This document shows positions 9,917-20,657 of a stretch of DNA of 64,000 bases, piece by piece. Both the position numbers and the translations under genes were made by a program. The number at the start of each line of letters is the position of its first letter. The first letter of the stretch is position 1. The stretch is taken from assembly GCA_965203555.1 (NCBI GenBank), contig CBDBCY010000004.1, positions 1,312,001 through 1,376,000 of the forward strand, in the 5' to 3' direction. This DNA comes from Acidimicrobiia bacterium. GTDB lineage: Bacteria; Actinomycetota; Acidimicrobiia; Spongiisociales; ZC4RG35. The notes beneath the pieces are model-generated. The model ran no database searches, was not told the origin of the DNA, and saw nothing but the letters and a program-made list of their open reading frames with translations.

Positions 9917-10660
9917 ATGATGCCCGAACTGAGCCTGACCCATCACGGCGCTGTGGCCAGGGTGACTATCGACCGTCCGCAACGAAAGCACGCCTGGTCG
10001 GCGGCGATGTGGACCGAGATGGCCGGCCTCATGGACCGGTGCGCCACCGACGACTCGGTGCGGGTGGTCCTCGTCACATCGACAGGTGACCGTGTGTTCA
10101 GCGCCGGCGCCGACCTCGAACAGTTCGACGGAGCAGATCCAGCCGCGGTGCGGGCCACGTTGGAGGGAGTTGAATCGGTCATGGCGTCGATCGAGGCGTG
10201 CCCAAAGCCGGTGATAGCGGTGGTGAGCGGCGCCGCAGTCGGCGCGGGGACCGAGGTTGCCGCGGCCTGCGACGTCCGGATCGCCTCCCACCGGGCCTGG
10301 TTTTCCATCCCCGCTGCGACACTCGGGATCGTCATCACCAAGAGCGACATAGCCCGGCTGGTGCGGGGGGTGGGAGCGTCGATGGCACGCGACATGCTGT
10401 TGACCGGCCGCCGCTTGACCGCACCGCAGGCCGAGCGCATCGGTTTCGTACGTTCGGTCCACGCTACGGACGACCTGGAGCAGGCAGCCATGGACCTGGC
10501 CCGGGAGATCGCGGCACTCGATGCACCGGCGCTGGCAGCAATGAAGGCGCACCTGAACGCGCTCGGAAACGTCTCCTGGGACGAGCGATCGTGGGCCTCG
10601 ACACTGGAGGCGATCACCTCGGCTACGACCCGGAAGCGGATCGCTGACCGGCTGGGATGA
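9917..10660 (+). CDS. Enoyl-CoA hydratase/isomerase (crotonase) family protein
   Basis: FSAGADL, KPVIAVVSGAAVGAG, ACDVRIA; an in-frame GTG at 9887/9890 overlaps the ATPase stop. Confidence 0.88.
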   Translation: MMPELSLTHHGAVARVTIDRPQRKHAWSAAMWTEMAGLMDRCATDDSVRVVLVTSTGDRVFSAGADLEQFDGADPAAVRATLEGVESVMASIEACPKPVIAVVSGAAVGAGTEVAAACDVRIASHRAWFSIPAATLGIVITKSDIARLVRGVGASMARDMLLTGRRLTAPQAERIGFVRSVHATDDLEQAAMDLAREIAALDAPALAAMKAHLNALGNVSWDERSWASTLEAITSATTRKRIADRLG

Positions 10661-10664
10661 TCAG

Positions 10665-12026
10665 ATGACCGGAGTGGTTCGCAACGGGCGTCTCGTCACC
10701 GCCGACGGCGTCCTGGAAGGCGACATCTCGGTCCGGAACGGCGTCATCCACCAGATCGGAACGGGCCTGGAAGGCAGCACGGTCGCCGACGTCAACGGCG
10801 CCTGGGTGCTGCCCGGTGCCGTGGACCCACACCTGCACATCTCCCTGGGGGGACACTCGATCACCGAGCCGTTGCTGCACGATCTGCACCAGGCCGCCCG
10901 GGCGGCGCTGCGAGGCGGAGTGACGACCACGGGCGTGTACGCACAGAGGACCCCGGTGACCACGGTGGCCGAATCGATCGAAGCCGAGATCGGCCGGGAG
11001 CGTGACGGTGTGGCCACCGACTACTTCATCAACGCCCTGTTTTTGCCCGGCGACGACATCGAAGGAACGGCGGCCAGAAGCGCCGAGATGGGCGTCACCT
11101 CTTTCAAGACGATGGTCGCCTACGCGCAGCGGGGCCAGATGCTCGACGACGCCTCGATCTGCCTGCTGATGGAGCAGGCGGCGGCGGTGGGCGGCATCAC
11201 CCTGGTACACGCCGAGAATGGCGGGGCAATCGACTACCTCGACGCGGTCGAGCGCCGACAGGGAGTCACCAATGCAAGCTTCCTGCGCAGCCAACCGGCG
11301 GAGTTGGAACCCGAAGGCATGAACCGGACCGCCACGTTTGCCGCGCTGACCGGATGCCGTCTCCACTTCGTCCACACCACCTCGGCGCCGGGTGCCGCAA
11401 TGCTTGGGACCCTGAAGGGCTCGGGCGCCTCGGTGACCGCCGAGACCCAGATCCACTACCTGTTGCTCACCAATGACGAGGTCCTCCGACGGGGCCCCCT
11501 GGGCAAGGTGGGTCCGCCCCTGCGAGACGCCGAGCACCTCGCCCTGCTGTGGGACGCCCTGGCCGACGGCCGGATCGACCATCTCTCCTCGGACCACTCA
11601 CCCAAGAGCAGGGAAGTCAAACTCGCCGCCGACAACATCCTCGACGCCACCTTCGGCGGCATCGCCGGCACCGGCGTCATGCTGCCGCTCGCATTCAGCG
11701 AAGGGTTCTGCAAGGGCCGGCTGACGATCGAGCGACTGGCAGAGGTCACCTCGACCAGGGCGGCGCAGATCTACGGCGTGTACCCGCAGAAGGGTGTCCT
11801 GGCCGAAGGCTCCGACGCCGACCTGGTGGTCATCCCGGAGGGACAGCCCGCAGTACGTCTGACCCATCAGTACCTGGAACCGGCCGCCGGGTATTCGCTG
11901 TTCGAGTCTCTCTCCACCAGCGGTATACCGAGCCTCGTGATTCGTGGAGGTTCTGTGGTCGTGTCGAACGGCGAGTTGACGGGAACCGAGAACGGCCGGT
12001 ACCTGGCGCGGTTCGGACCGAGATGA
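10665..12026 (+). CDS. Cyclic amidohydrolase (dihydropyrimidinase/hydantoinase family), second paralog
   Basis: PGAVDPHLH, SFK, HAEN, KVGPPLR, SSDH, KGVLAEGSDADLV. Confidence 0.9.
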   Translation: MTGVVRNGRLVTADGVLEGDISVRNGVIHQIGTGLEGSTVADVNGAWVLPGAVDPHLHISLGGHSITEPLLHDLHQAARAALRGGVTTTGVYAQRTPVTTVAESIEAEIGRERDGVATDYFINALFLPGDDIEGTAARSAEMGVTSFKTMVAYAQRGQMLDDASICLLMEQAAAVGGITLVHAENGGAIDYLDAVERRQGVTNASFLRSQPAELEPEGMNRTATFAALTGCRLHFVHTTSAPGAAMLGTLKGSGASVTAETQIHYLLLTNDEVLRRGPLGKVGPPLRDAEHLALLWDALADGRIDHLSSDHSPKSREVKLAADNILDATFGGIAGTGVMLPLAFSEGFCKGRLTIERLAEVTSTRAAQIYGVYPQKGVLAEGSDADLVVIPEGQPAVRLTHQYLEPAAGYSLFESLSTSGIPSLVIRGGSVVVSNGELTGTENGRYLARFGPR

Positions 12027-13609
12027 CCTTCGACCTTCTGATCCGCGACGGCCGCGTCTACGACGGGACCGGATCGTCGTGGATCCGGGCGGACATCGGC
12101 GTCGACGGGGACTCCCTTGTCGTGTTGCGAGGCGACACGAGCCACGTGGAGGCGGAGAGGGTGATCGATGCCAGCGGCCTGGCGGTCTGCCCGGGTTTCA
12201 TCGACATGCACGCCCATTCGACCATGGCGATCCTGGGCGATCCCGCCCACGAACCGAAGGTCCGCCAAGGAGTCACCACCGAGTTGATCGGCGTCGACGG
12301 GAACTCCTACGCGCCGTTCCCGTCGGACGCGGACCTCGACGGTTGGAGCATGATGAACGCCGGGCTCGACGGACGCCGCCCGCCGGGTCTCCGGTGGAGT
12401 TCGGTCTCCGAGTACCTCGATGTCTACGACCGGTCGGTGCCGGTGAACATCGCCTACGTGATCGGCAACACGCCGCTTCGGGTGGCGAGCGTCGGCTGGT
12501 ACGACGTCCAACTCACCGACGAGGACGTCGCCGCGCAGAGACGCTTGTTGCAAGAGGGCCTCGACCAGGGCGCCTTCGGTTTCTCAACGGGCCTGACCTA
12601 CCCGCCGGGGAGCTTCGCCGACATCGACGAACTGACCAAGTTGGCCGAGGTGGCGGCTCGCAATGGCGCCCTGCACGTGTCGCACGTCCGATACGGGGCG
12701 GGCGACGCCTTCACCGATCCATTCCACGAGGTGGTCGAGATCACCCGCCGCACCGGCGCCGCCTTACACATTTCCCACTACGCGTCGCTCTCCAAAAGAG
12801 ACGGCGAATTCCATGACCTGATCCGCCTGGTGGAGGACGCCCGCCGAGAGGGCCTCCAGGTCTCGTTCGACGCCTATCCGTACAACCAGGGCGGCACCCG
12901 GGCGCACGTGGCCCTCCCCGAATGGGTCCAAGACGGGGGGCCCCAAGTTCTCCTGGAGCATCTATCCAGTCGGGCGTCGCGAGCCAGGATGCGTGAGGAG
13001 ACAGATCCCCGGCAGAGTCGCTGGCGCAATCCTGCCGGTTGGCACCTCAGCGGATTCGAGAACCCCGACTACCGACAATTCGAAGGCGTCCCCCTCGACC
13101 GGATCGCCGCCGAGATGGGCCTGGACCCGCTGGATGCGCTCTGTGACCTTCTCCTGGCGGAGAACCTGGGCCTGTCGTATGTCGGCCACGACTCCAACAA
13201 CGTGGAAACGGTCCGCCACATCCTCAGCCACGACCTGTGCGCGGTCGGAAGCGATGCGCTACTGGTGGGCGACGCTCCCAGCCCCCGAACCTACGGCACC
13301 TTCCCCAGGATGCTCGGCGGCCTGGTGAGAGACGAAGGCTTGATGACCATGGAAGAAGCCATCCGCAAGATGACCTCCTACCCCGCCGGTCTGCTCGGCA
13401 TCACAGACCGAGGGATCATCCGGGACGGTGCCAAGGCCGACATCGTAGTGTTCGACTCCGCCACCGTAGGCAGTACGGCCACCCTTCACAACCCACGTCA
13501 GTTCCCCACCGGCATTCCCCACGTGATCGTCAACGGCATACCGGTGGTCCACAACCATCACCGGACCGACGCCACTCCAGGACAAGCGCTGAGAAGGCAG
13601 AGCACCTGA
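12023..13609 (+). CDS. N-acyl-D-amino-acid deacylase (D-aminoacylase) family
   Basis: PGFIDMHAHS, QGVTTE, STGLTYPPG, YPY, GSD, PRTYGTFPR, AIRKMTS.PA. Confidence 0.9.
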   Translation: MTFDLLIRDGRVYDGTGSSWIRADIGVDGDSLVVLRGDTSHVEAERVIDASGLAVCPGFIDMHAHSTMAILGDPAHEPKVRQGVTTELIGVDGNSYAPFPSDADLDGWSMMNAGLDGRRPPGLRWSSVSEYLDVYDRSVPVNIAYVIGNTPLRVASVGWYDVQLTDEDVAAQRRLLQEGLDQGAFGFSTGLTYPPGSFADIDELTKLAEVAARNGALHVSHVRYGAGDAFTDPFHEVVEITRRTGAALHISHYASLSKRDGEFHDLIRLVEDARREGLQVSFDAYPYNQGGTRAHVALPEWVQDGGPQVLLEHLSSRASRARMREETDPRQSRWRNPAGWHLSGFENPDYRQFEGVPLDRIAAEMGLDPLDALCDLLLAENLGLSYVGHDSNNVETVRHILSHDLCAVGSDALLVGDAPSPRTYGTFPRMLGGLVRDEGLMTMEEAIRKMTSYPAGLLGITDRGIIRDGAKADIVVFDSATVGSTATLHNPRQFPTGIPHVIVNGIPVVHNHHRTDATPGQALRRQST

Positions 13610-13668
13610 CCGGATCGGACTCGTAACGCTTAGAAGCGGTTCAGGGCCGGGCGCAGTCCGCGGTCTTG

Positions 13669-13715
13669 GGGGAACTGAGGTGAAGAGCCCCTAAACAAGC
13701 ACCTCAACCTTCCCC
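13669..13715. terminator. Stem-loop between convergent genes (possible terminator)
   Basis: GGGGAACTGAGGTG (13669-13682) pairs imperfectly with CACCTCAACCTTCCCC (13700-13715). Confidence 0.4.
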
Positions 13716-13976
13716 ACTCCCCACCAATTCGCGAAGCCTCACTCTTCTTTGTACCCCATCGACCTTTGGTCCTATCTGGTCGACCCAGGGATCGTTCATG
13801 CTGCCCACCCAGACAGAATGTTAGAAACCGGGATCCAGTCACGCTGAGCACGTTCGCTAGCATGCGATCACTGTGAGGCCAAGGTGCTGGGGGGCCAGCC
13901 TTCCGATGACTTGGGGTCGAATGGTAAGAGACGAGCCAGATGGGTGGACCCGGAGAGAGCAGGGGCTACGACTGGC

Positions 13977-16900
13977 CTAGCTGCGGGACCGCGCCATGCG
14001 AAAACGCACCTGCTCTATGAGGGTCTCCCTGATTAGCTCTTGATGTTCTCTGAAGTTCAAAAACTGCGCTACCATGTCGTCAATCCGCATGTGTTGCCGG
14101 GTACGCAGCTTTGTGTACGGGTAGGGGCTCGCGGGTCTTGATGTCATCCATCACGGCTGACGCGTCGCTGAGGGCACTGAAATCGAAACCCAAAGGTAGT
14201 GCCTTCAAATCAGTGGCCTCTGCTTTGAGCATGCCGCCGCCAAGGTTTTTCCTGCCTGTGATTTCACGGTACAGCCAAACGAAGGACGAGTTCATATAGG
14301 CCCATAACCCGTAATGCAGTGGAGTTGCCCAGAGTTCGGGGGGCAAATACACCTCAACGGCACTGTAGGAGAATGCTCTGTGATCGTTGTAGGAGCAGTA
14401 GTAACGCTCCCCGATACCACGTGGCATTATGAGTGCTGGCACTTCCCTACCTATGGGAACAGAAGCGACGAGTCCCTCCGCTGATGTTGTGAAGAACGAT
14501 GCCATCTTGAGGATGACGGGGATCCTCGCTCCCTCCACATCCAGGTCTCTTTTCGGAAAATTGAGGCCTTGTCCTATGCGCATTCTGCTGGTGTCGTATC
14601 TTGAACGACTGTGGAGGTCATCAAAAATCTCCCTGAAGAAACCGGGCATTGCTATCACATGACCCCACTTTGACCGCTGCCTAGCCAAGATCTTCTTGGT
14701 TGGGTTTGTGGTCATGTCCTTGTCAGCAATGCTGACCTCAATGTTGCCGCTCGGCCTTGTGCTGAATAGGGTGATGATCGCGTTGATATTCTGGCTGTCG
14801 GTATCTGGAAAGAACTTGGCCGAGGTGTCGATGATATGGTGGAAGGCAAAACGCTCAAGCGAAAAGTCTTGAAACTTCTTTCCGTAATCTGTGCTCAGCC
14901 AAGCGTTTTGGGTTATGAAGCAACCACACCCAGTATCTCTCAGGAACTTTGCTGCACGCGCATAGAAGTAGATCAGAATGTCACTGCCGCGTGGAAGAGG
15001 GGCAGCCCAATCTAGCCTCACCTGGTTGCCGTAGGCATCTTTTTTCTTCGCCGTCATGAGGCTGTTCCTGGACTCGATGTATGGAGGGTTGCCGATTACG
15101 ATGTCGAACCCTTCGGTCAAATCGAACATGTACTTGGGATCGAACCAATCGGCGCTGGTGTTCTGGTTGTATCGGTCCCACTTGGCGATGCTGTCGGTGT
15201 GGTCCGGTGACATACCGAGGTGTCGCAGTTCTTTGGCCAGTGCGGTGCGAAGTTTCCGGTCTTCTCGGACTAGGGCTGCTTTCTTTTGCGGCGTGGTAGC
15301 GTGAAAATGCCGTTCGGTGTTGGCAGCCCATTTCCTGCGTAGGTCGACGGCGCGTGGACTAGCGAGTCTTTCTTGGCCTTTTAGCCCGATGAGGGAGTCC
15401 GCAGCGACGAACCTGCTTTCGAGGTTGGGTAGGGGTCGGATGCCGTAGTTGTCCTCAGGATCGCTGTTGGGTTGCTGTTCTATGGCTAGGGAGATGAACA
15501 TCCGTAGTTTGGCGATCTGGCAGGCGATGGGCTGTATATCCACCCCGTAGATACTGTTCTGGATGAGGTAGAGCTTGCGACCGAAGCCAGACTGGTACCT
15601 TTCGAATGCCTCGTTGATTGCCTGTAGCACCCTGTGGCGTTCGTCCTTGTCTTCGATGCCAAAGGCCTGACCCGCCCGGGATCCGGCCAGGCGTTGCTGG
15701 GTTTCCCGCCATGCCGTGTTGTCGGGGTCGAGTCTGCTCAATGCGAGGGTGATTCGGTGGAGAATGGCCATTGGGAAGGCTCCCGATCCCACAGCCGGGT
15801 CAAGTACCCTTATGTGGGCAATGTTCTCGATGAGCCTGTCTTGTTCACTAGTCATCAAAAGCGTGCGGGCATCGTCGATGTCGTCGGAGTAGTCGAGCAG
15901 ATAGCGGAGCCTTTCCTCCCAAAAGTCCTTGTCGTCGAAGTTGTCCTGGACGGTTTCTGTCCAGTAGGCGACCAGAGCCTCTGTGACCATGTAGTCCACA
16001 ACCTGTCTGGGGGTGTAGTAGGAGCCGGTCTGTCTACGGGCGGTTACCCGTGTTTCGGGGTTGAAGGCGGCAAGGAGGTTCTCGAACACCTTGCCCAACA
16101 GTTCGGGGTCGAGCGCTACATCCTGTTCTACCGGGGTGTTTTCCTCCACGGTGAACCGGTAACGGTCGAACAGGGGAATCAGTCCTTCCGAGCCGAAAAA
16201 CAGCCGGTTGGGCACCGAGAGAAGACCTCGATGGTCTGGGTTGTCGGAGAAGCAGTCGATCAGCCCTTGCCCATTGGTGGGGTGGCTCCTATCAAGACAG
16301 TCGAATAGTCCCCCATTGATGAATGGTGTCTCGGCAAACAGGGAGAGCAGGCGGTCAGGGTCGGCTATCTCGTCTTGATAGCGGTATAGGGAGAAGTTCC
16401 CGTTGGGATTGTTGTCGCTGAATCCGCGTTGCTCGATTTCGGTGTTGAGGGTGGCGAAGAACAGGTTCTGCAGGATTGCTCGGTAGTAAGAATCGCCGGT
16501 CTCCTGGTCATAGTCGGCAAGGAGGTCACCCACTACTGCTTCGTTGAACAGGTCGGCGTTGACCAGTCCTTTTTCCTTGATGAACCAGATGAACAGCAGG
16601 CGGGTAATGAGCCGGATAATGTGCTCTTCGGTTGTTGGTTTCACCGATGTGGGGAAGTTTGCCTGGTCGTCGGCGGCGTTCTCGAACCATCGGAACAGTT
16701 CCCGGTAGAACTGCTTGTTCAACTTTTCCGTGTCGAGGCAGTTGATCCAGGCGGTCAGCAGCCCGTCAAAATTCGCCCGGTTGTTGGTGGCCTGCATCCA
16801 TTCGAGTCGGTTATGGAGTGACAGTTCTCCGAGGATTCGCAAGTGGGCCTGATGGGGTTCCTTGGAGTTGATTTCCCTGATGAGGGACACCTTTCCGAGC

Positions 16901-17409
16901 ACATCGCGGTTTCCTGTGCGTTTGTCCGGTCGCCGGTCCATGAACGCGATGGTGAGCATCCCGGTTGCGGTGCGGAACAGCACGACGGTTGGTTGGCTGA
17001 GGCGTTTGTTGATCTCTCGGGCGAGTTTGGCGTACATGCCGCGGGGATAGGTTTTCTTCTTCAGATCCACTGCGGCGAATACGAAGCTACGGTTGACACC
17101 TATGTTGAATAGCTGGCCCGGCAGTGGTTGTTGGAATGGGAATTCTATTTCGGCATCAGTAATCTGGAAGAGAATCCGGACGGTGGGGTCATGTTCGAGG
17201 AATAGCTGTTCGGAGGTGGTGTTCCGGTTCTCGGTCGGGAACTGTTTTATGAAATCGGCAGCCTTTCCCGTCTGTTCCGGAGGTATGCGGTCGCTCCGAT
17301 AGCCAAGGATGGACAGGAGATCGGATGCCGCTTGGAAAAAGCCGTCCTCGGGGATCCGGTGCAGAGTGTCGTCGATTTGGCGGAGGAGTTCTACAGATGG
17401 TGCGGCCAT
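13977..17409 (-). CDS. Type IIG/Eco57I-like N6-adenine DNA methyltransferase with C-terminal target-recognition region; frameshift near 14100 (annotated frame stops at 14080)
   Basis: TGSYYTP, VLDPAVGSGAF (SAM-binding), GVDIQ, GFDIVIGNPPY. A shifted frame continues RQHMRIDDMVAQFLNFREHQELIRETLIEQVRFRMARSRS* to 13977. Confidence 0.85.
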
Positions 17410-17411
17410 GA

Positions 17412-20400
17412 TCAGAGACCGAGGGACAACGGGGAGATGATCAGCCAGCTCACCAAGTCAAAATCCTCGCCGGTCCGGGGGGTTTCGGAGCGGCGGGACA
17501 TCACAAAGTCCCGACCGCCGCCCACGGCTAAGCCTGCCATCTGGGTGGCGCCGTGCCGACGGTTTACATGTCGGATGACCGTTTCCAGCAAATTGTCGTA
17601 GAGTGCCATTTGACGGCCGTTGTCTGTGTGGGTGTTGAACTGGTCGCACAGGCGGCGGATGGGTTTGTCCTCACCAATCGCCACCATCTCGAATGCTTCT
17701 AGCACTTGGCGGGTGTTGGCACATCCGTACCTGATCCTCCTGTCATGCTGGACATACACCAAGTAGAAGGGATGCACCGGACTAGCGACACGCTGTCCGG
17801 TCTTGACCGCCTCTCGGCGTTGTTTTAGGACAAAGACCACTCCTGGCTGGACTCCGCTGGAGGTTTCGGCAACAGCGTAAAGGCCTTTGGGCGCCATCTT
17901 GAGCTCCTCCTGATTCTTCTCCAGATAGCGCAACAACTGAGTGAAGAAGTAGTCGAGGGTGAAGTCGGTCATGGTCGGAGTGTCGGTCAGGTCGTCCAGA
18001 TCAACGATCTCTTCTCGAAGCTTGAGGAGTTGCTCGTCTCGGAATGTCAATTCCAATTGGATGCCCTCCTCCGTAAGAGGGTCGCTATCGCCGGTTGCTG
18101 TCATGTCGGCCAGCACCATCCGGGCGCGGACCCGGTTCTCCAACCTCAGATATGCTTCCATGTCCTCGGTAGGCCAGAAATTCACCATCCGCACTGTCTG
18201 ACTGCGACTGCCGATACGGTCGATCCGCCCGAAGCGCTGTACCAGCCTCACCGGGTTCCAGTGGATGTCGTAGTTGAGGGTGGTGTCGCAGTCCTGCAGG
18301 TTTTGACCCTCAGATATGCAGTCGGTGCCGATTAGTAGGTCTATCTGAGGACTGTCCAGGCTGGTGCGGTTGCGCGCCCGGGGAGCGAAAGCCGTCAGGA
18401 TGGCGTGGTAGTTGTTCTCTCCCACAGTGGTGAGGGTGGCGTCGCCGGACACCATGGCCATGTTGAGACCCAGTTCGGCTGTTAGGTCCTCCAAGTTCTT
18501 ATAGAGGTATTCGGCGGTGTCCTTGAAAGTGGTGAACACCAGAATCTTGCGATTGGGCCGGCCATCACTGTCAATAGTCGGATTCAGGGCTTTCTGGCGG
18601 ATCACCTGCCTGACTTCTCTCAGTTTCCCATCTCGTTCGGGTGTCACCACCGCCACCTGTCGCCGCGCCGCGTCCAGAACGGCCCGGTCCAAAAGCAAAT
18701 CCTGCTGCCACCGATCCAGGTCCAACTGGCCGAGGTGGTAAGGGTTCCGGGCCCGGTTTACAAAGAACTCGTCGTCGTCCTCGTCCGCCTCCGGCAGGAC
18801 CTCCGCGGAAACCCCGTTCGGTGGGTGCTGTCGGACTTTGAACCGGTCGATGCGCTCCATCAGGTCGTCAATCTTCTTGACCGTCCGTTCCAAAGTCAGC
18901 GTGAGGGCCTTAGCGGAACTCTCCAAGCGTTTGAGGAAGTTGGTGCGGATCATCCCGATCAAAAACCTCTCCCGGTCGGCCTGGTTGAAATTCCGAACTT
19001 TTCTTTCCTCTTCCAGTTCTCTTTTGCGGGCCTCGTCGATTAGGTACTCCGACGGCTGGTAGATGGACAGTCCGAAGTTGTTGATCTGCTTGGCCAGATG
19101 GTCGTATGACAACTCCCCCCCGAGATCGGTGGGAGGGTGGCGGTTGTCCGGCGCCTCATGTGTTGGGAACCGGCCGATACGGTCGATCTCTCTGGTGTAG
19201 AAGCGTTCGATCTGGCGGCGGGAACGGGCAATGGACACAGCGTCCAGCAGGCGGAACACATCAGGACCCAGGTTCTCCAGAAGCTCCATTTTGTTCCGAT
19301 GAGCCTTGCCTGTGTTGTCGGTCTCCCACTTTTGGAACTTCTTCTGCGCCACGGCCAGCAGGCTGGAGATGCTTCCGATTCCCAGGCTGTCCCTAAAAGT
19401 GTCGGCCCGTCTCTCTGTCATCAGATAAATCTGGTTCCGCAAGTCGATCAGTGAGGTGTTGACCGGGGTGGCGGACAGCATCAGCACCTTGGTTTGGGCA
19501 CCTTGGGCGATCACTTCATCGACCAGTCTCTGATACCGCTGCCCCTCGTGGTTCCTAAAGTTGTGGGACTCGTCGATCACTATCAGATCGAAGTTGCTCC
19601 AGTTGAAACGGGACAGGTCAACATCTCCTACCCGGCCCTTCTCTCGAGACAGATCCGTGTGAGACAACAGTGTGTACCCGAAGCGGTCCTCCGGGAAGGG
19701 GTTGTCCGAGTATGAGTTGTACGCCGGATACAGAGACCAGTTGTCACGCAACTTCCGAGGGCAGAGCACCAACACCCTCTGGTTTCGAAGCTCGAAATAC
19801 TTGATCACCGCCAGCGCGGTGTAGGTCTTGCCCAAACCCACGCTGTCGGCCAGGATGCACCCGTTGTGCCTCTGCAACGCCGAGATCACGCTGTGAACCC
19901 CGTCCTGCTGAAACTCGAACAGAGCCTTCCAAACTTGGGTGTCATACAGATGGATACTGTCGAACCGGTCCTGGTCGGCCAGTCGGGTGTCGATCTCGTC
20001 GCGGAACAACTCGAACAGAGTCTTGAAATAGACGAACTCGGGAGCATGCTCCTTCCCCACCCGACCCAAAGCTGCCAGCACCTGCGCCTTGGCGTCGCGG
20101 GTCAGCTCATCATCGCTCCACAACTCGTCAAACCAACCCGCCAACTCTCCTCGACTCGAAGGATCGGCAGTGGCCAGATTGATCTCCAGATTCGGTTCGG
20201 CACCGCCCCCCAGGCCCCGCTTGGTGAAATTGGAACTACCCACCACCGCCGCGCCCTCACCGTCCGGCCCATCCGCCAGATACATCTTCCCATGCAAAAA
20301 CCCCGGCCTGCCCACCGCCCGCACTCCCACAGAATCGCGGTCAATCCAATCAGCGCAACGAAGAGCAAGAAACTTCTGACGCAACACCACGCCGGGCACA

Positions 20401-20657
20401 AGCCCATCCTCAGTCAACTTGAAGAACCGAGGATCCTCCTCAGCAGGGTCCAACTCATCCACCGACGTCGGATCACCGAACAAGAAGCGCGTCTCGCCCA
20501 CCCCACCCAAGACATCCTCCAACAACTCAAACCCATAAATCGTGAAAAACGCCGACACCACCCGAAACAGGTCTGCATCATGCAACGTCCTCCGCAAGTA
20601 GTCCACCACCGCCCGGTCACGATTGTCCAGAATGTGCTCGTAAACGGACCTGCTCAC
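17412..20657 (-). CDS. PLD(HKD)-nuclease-SNF2-family helicase fusion
   Basis: N-terminal LHGKMYLAD..GSSNFT; ILADSVGLGKT, DESH, SATP, SEGQNLQ, QRFGRIDRIG. GTG 20657 follows an AAGGA SD; ends 2 bp before the MTase start. Confidence 0.9.
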   Translation of the reverse strand: MSRSVYEHILDNRDRAVVDYLRRTLHDADLFRVVSAFFTIYGFELLEDVLGGVGETRFLFGDPTSVDELDPAEEDPRFFKLTEDGLVPGVVLRQKFLALRCADWIDRDSVGVRAVGRPGFLHGKMYLADGPDGEGAAVVGSSNFTKRGLGGGAEPNLEINLATADPSSRGELAGWFDELWSDDELTRDAKAQVLAALGRVGKEHAPEFVYFKTLFELFRDEIDTRLADQDRFDSIHLYDTQVWKALFEFQQDGVHSVISALQRHNGCILADSVGLGKTYTALAVIKYFELRNQRVLVLCPRKLRDNWSLYPAYNSYSDNPFPEDRFGYTLLSHTDLSREKGRVGDVDLSRFNWSNFDLIVIDESHNFRNHEGQRYQRLVDEVIAQGAQTKVLMLSATPVNTSLIDLRNQIYLMTERRADTFRDSLGIGSISSLLAVAQKKFQKWETDNTGKAHRNKMELLENLGPDVFRLLDAVSIARSRRQIERFYTREIDRIGRFPTHEAPDNRHPPTDLGGELSYDHLAKQINNFGLSIYQPSEYLIDEARKRELEEERKVRNFNQADRERFLIGMIRTNFLKRLESSAKALTLTLERTVKKIDDLMERIDRFKVRQHPPNGVSAEVLPEADEDDDEFFVNRARNPYHLGQLDLDRWQQDLLLDRAVLDAARRQVAVVTPERDGKLREVRQVIRQKALNPTIDSDGRPNRKILVFTTFKDTAEYLYKNLEDLTAELGLNMAMVSGDATLTTVGENNYHAILTAFAPRARNRTSLDSPQIDLLIGTDCISEGQNLQDCDTTLNYDIHWNPVRLVQRFGRIDRIGSRSQTVRMVNFWPTEDMEAYLRLENRVRARMVLADMTATGDSDPLTEEGIQLELTFRDEQLLKLREEIVDLDDLTDTPTMTDFTLDYFFTQLLRYLEKNQEELKMAPKGLYAVAETSSGVQPGVVFVLKQRREAVKTGQRVASPVHPFYLVYVQHDRRIRYGCANTRQVLEAFEMVAIGEDKPIRRLCDQFNTHTDNGRQMALYDNLLETVIRHVNRRHGATQMAGLAVGGGRDFVMSRRSETPRTGEDFDLVSWLIISPLSLGL

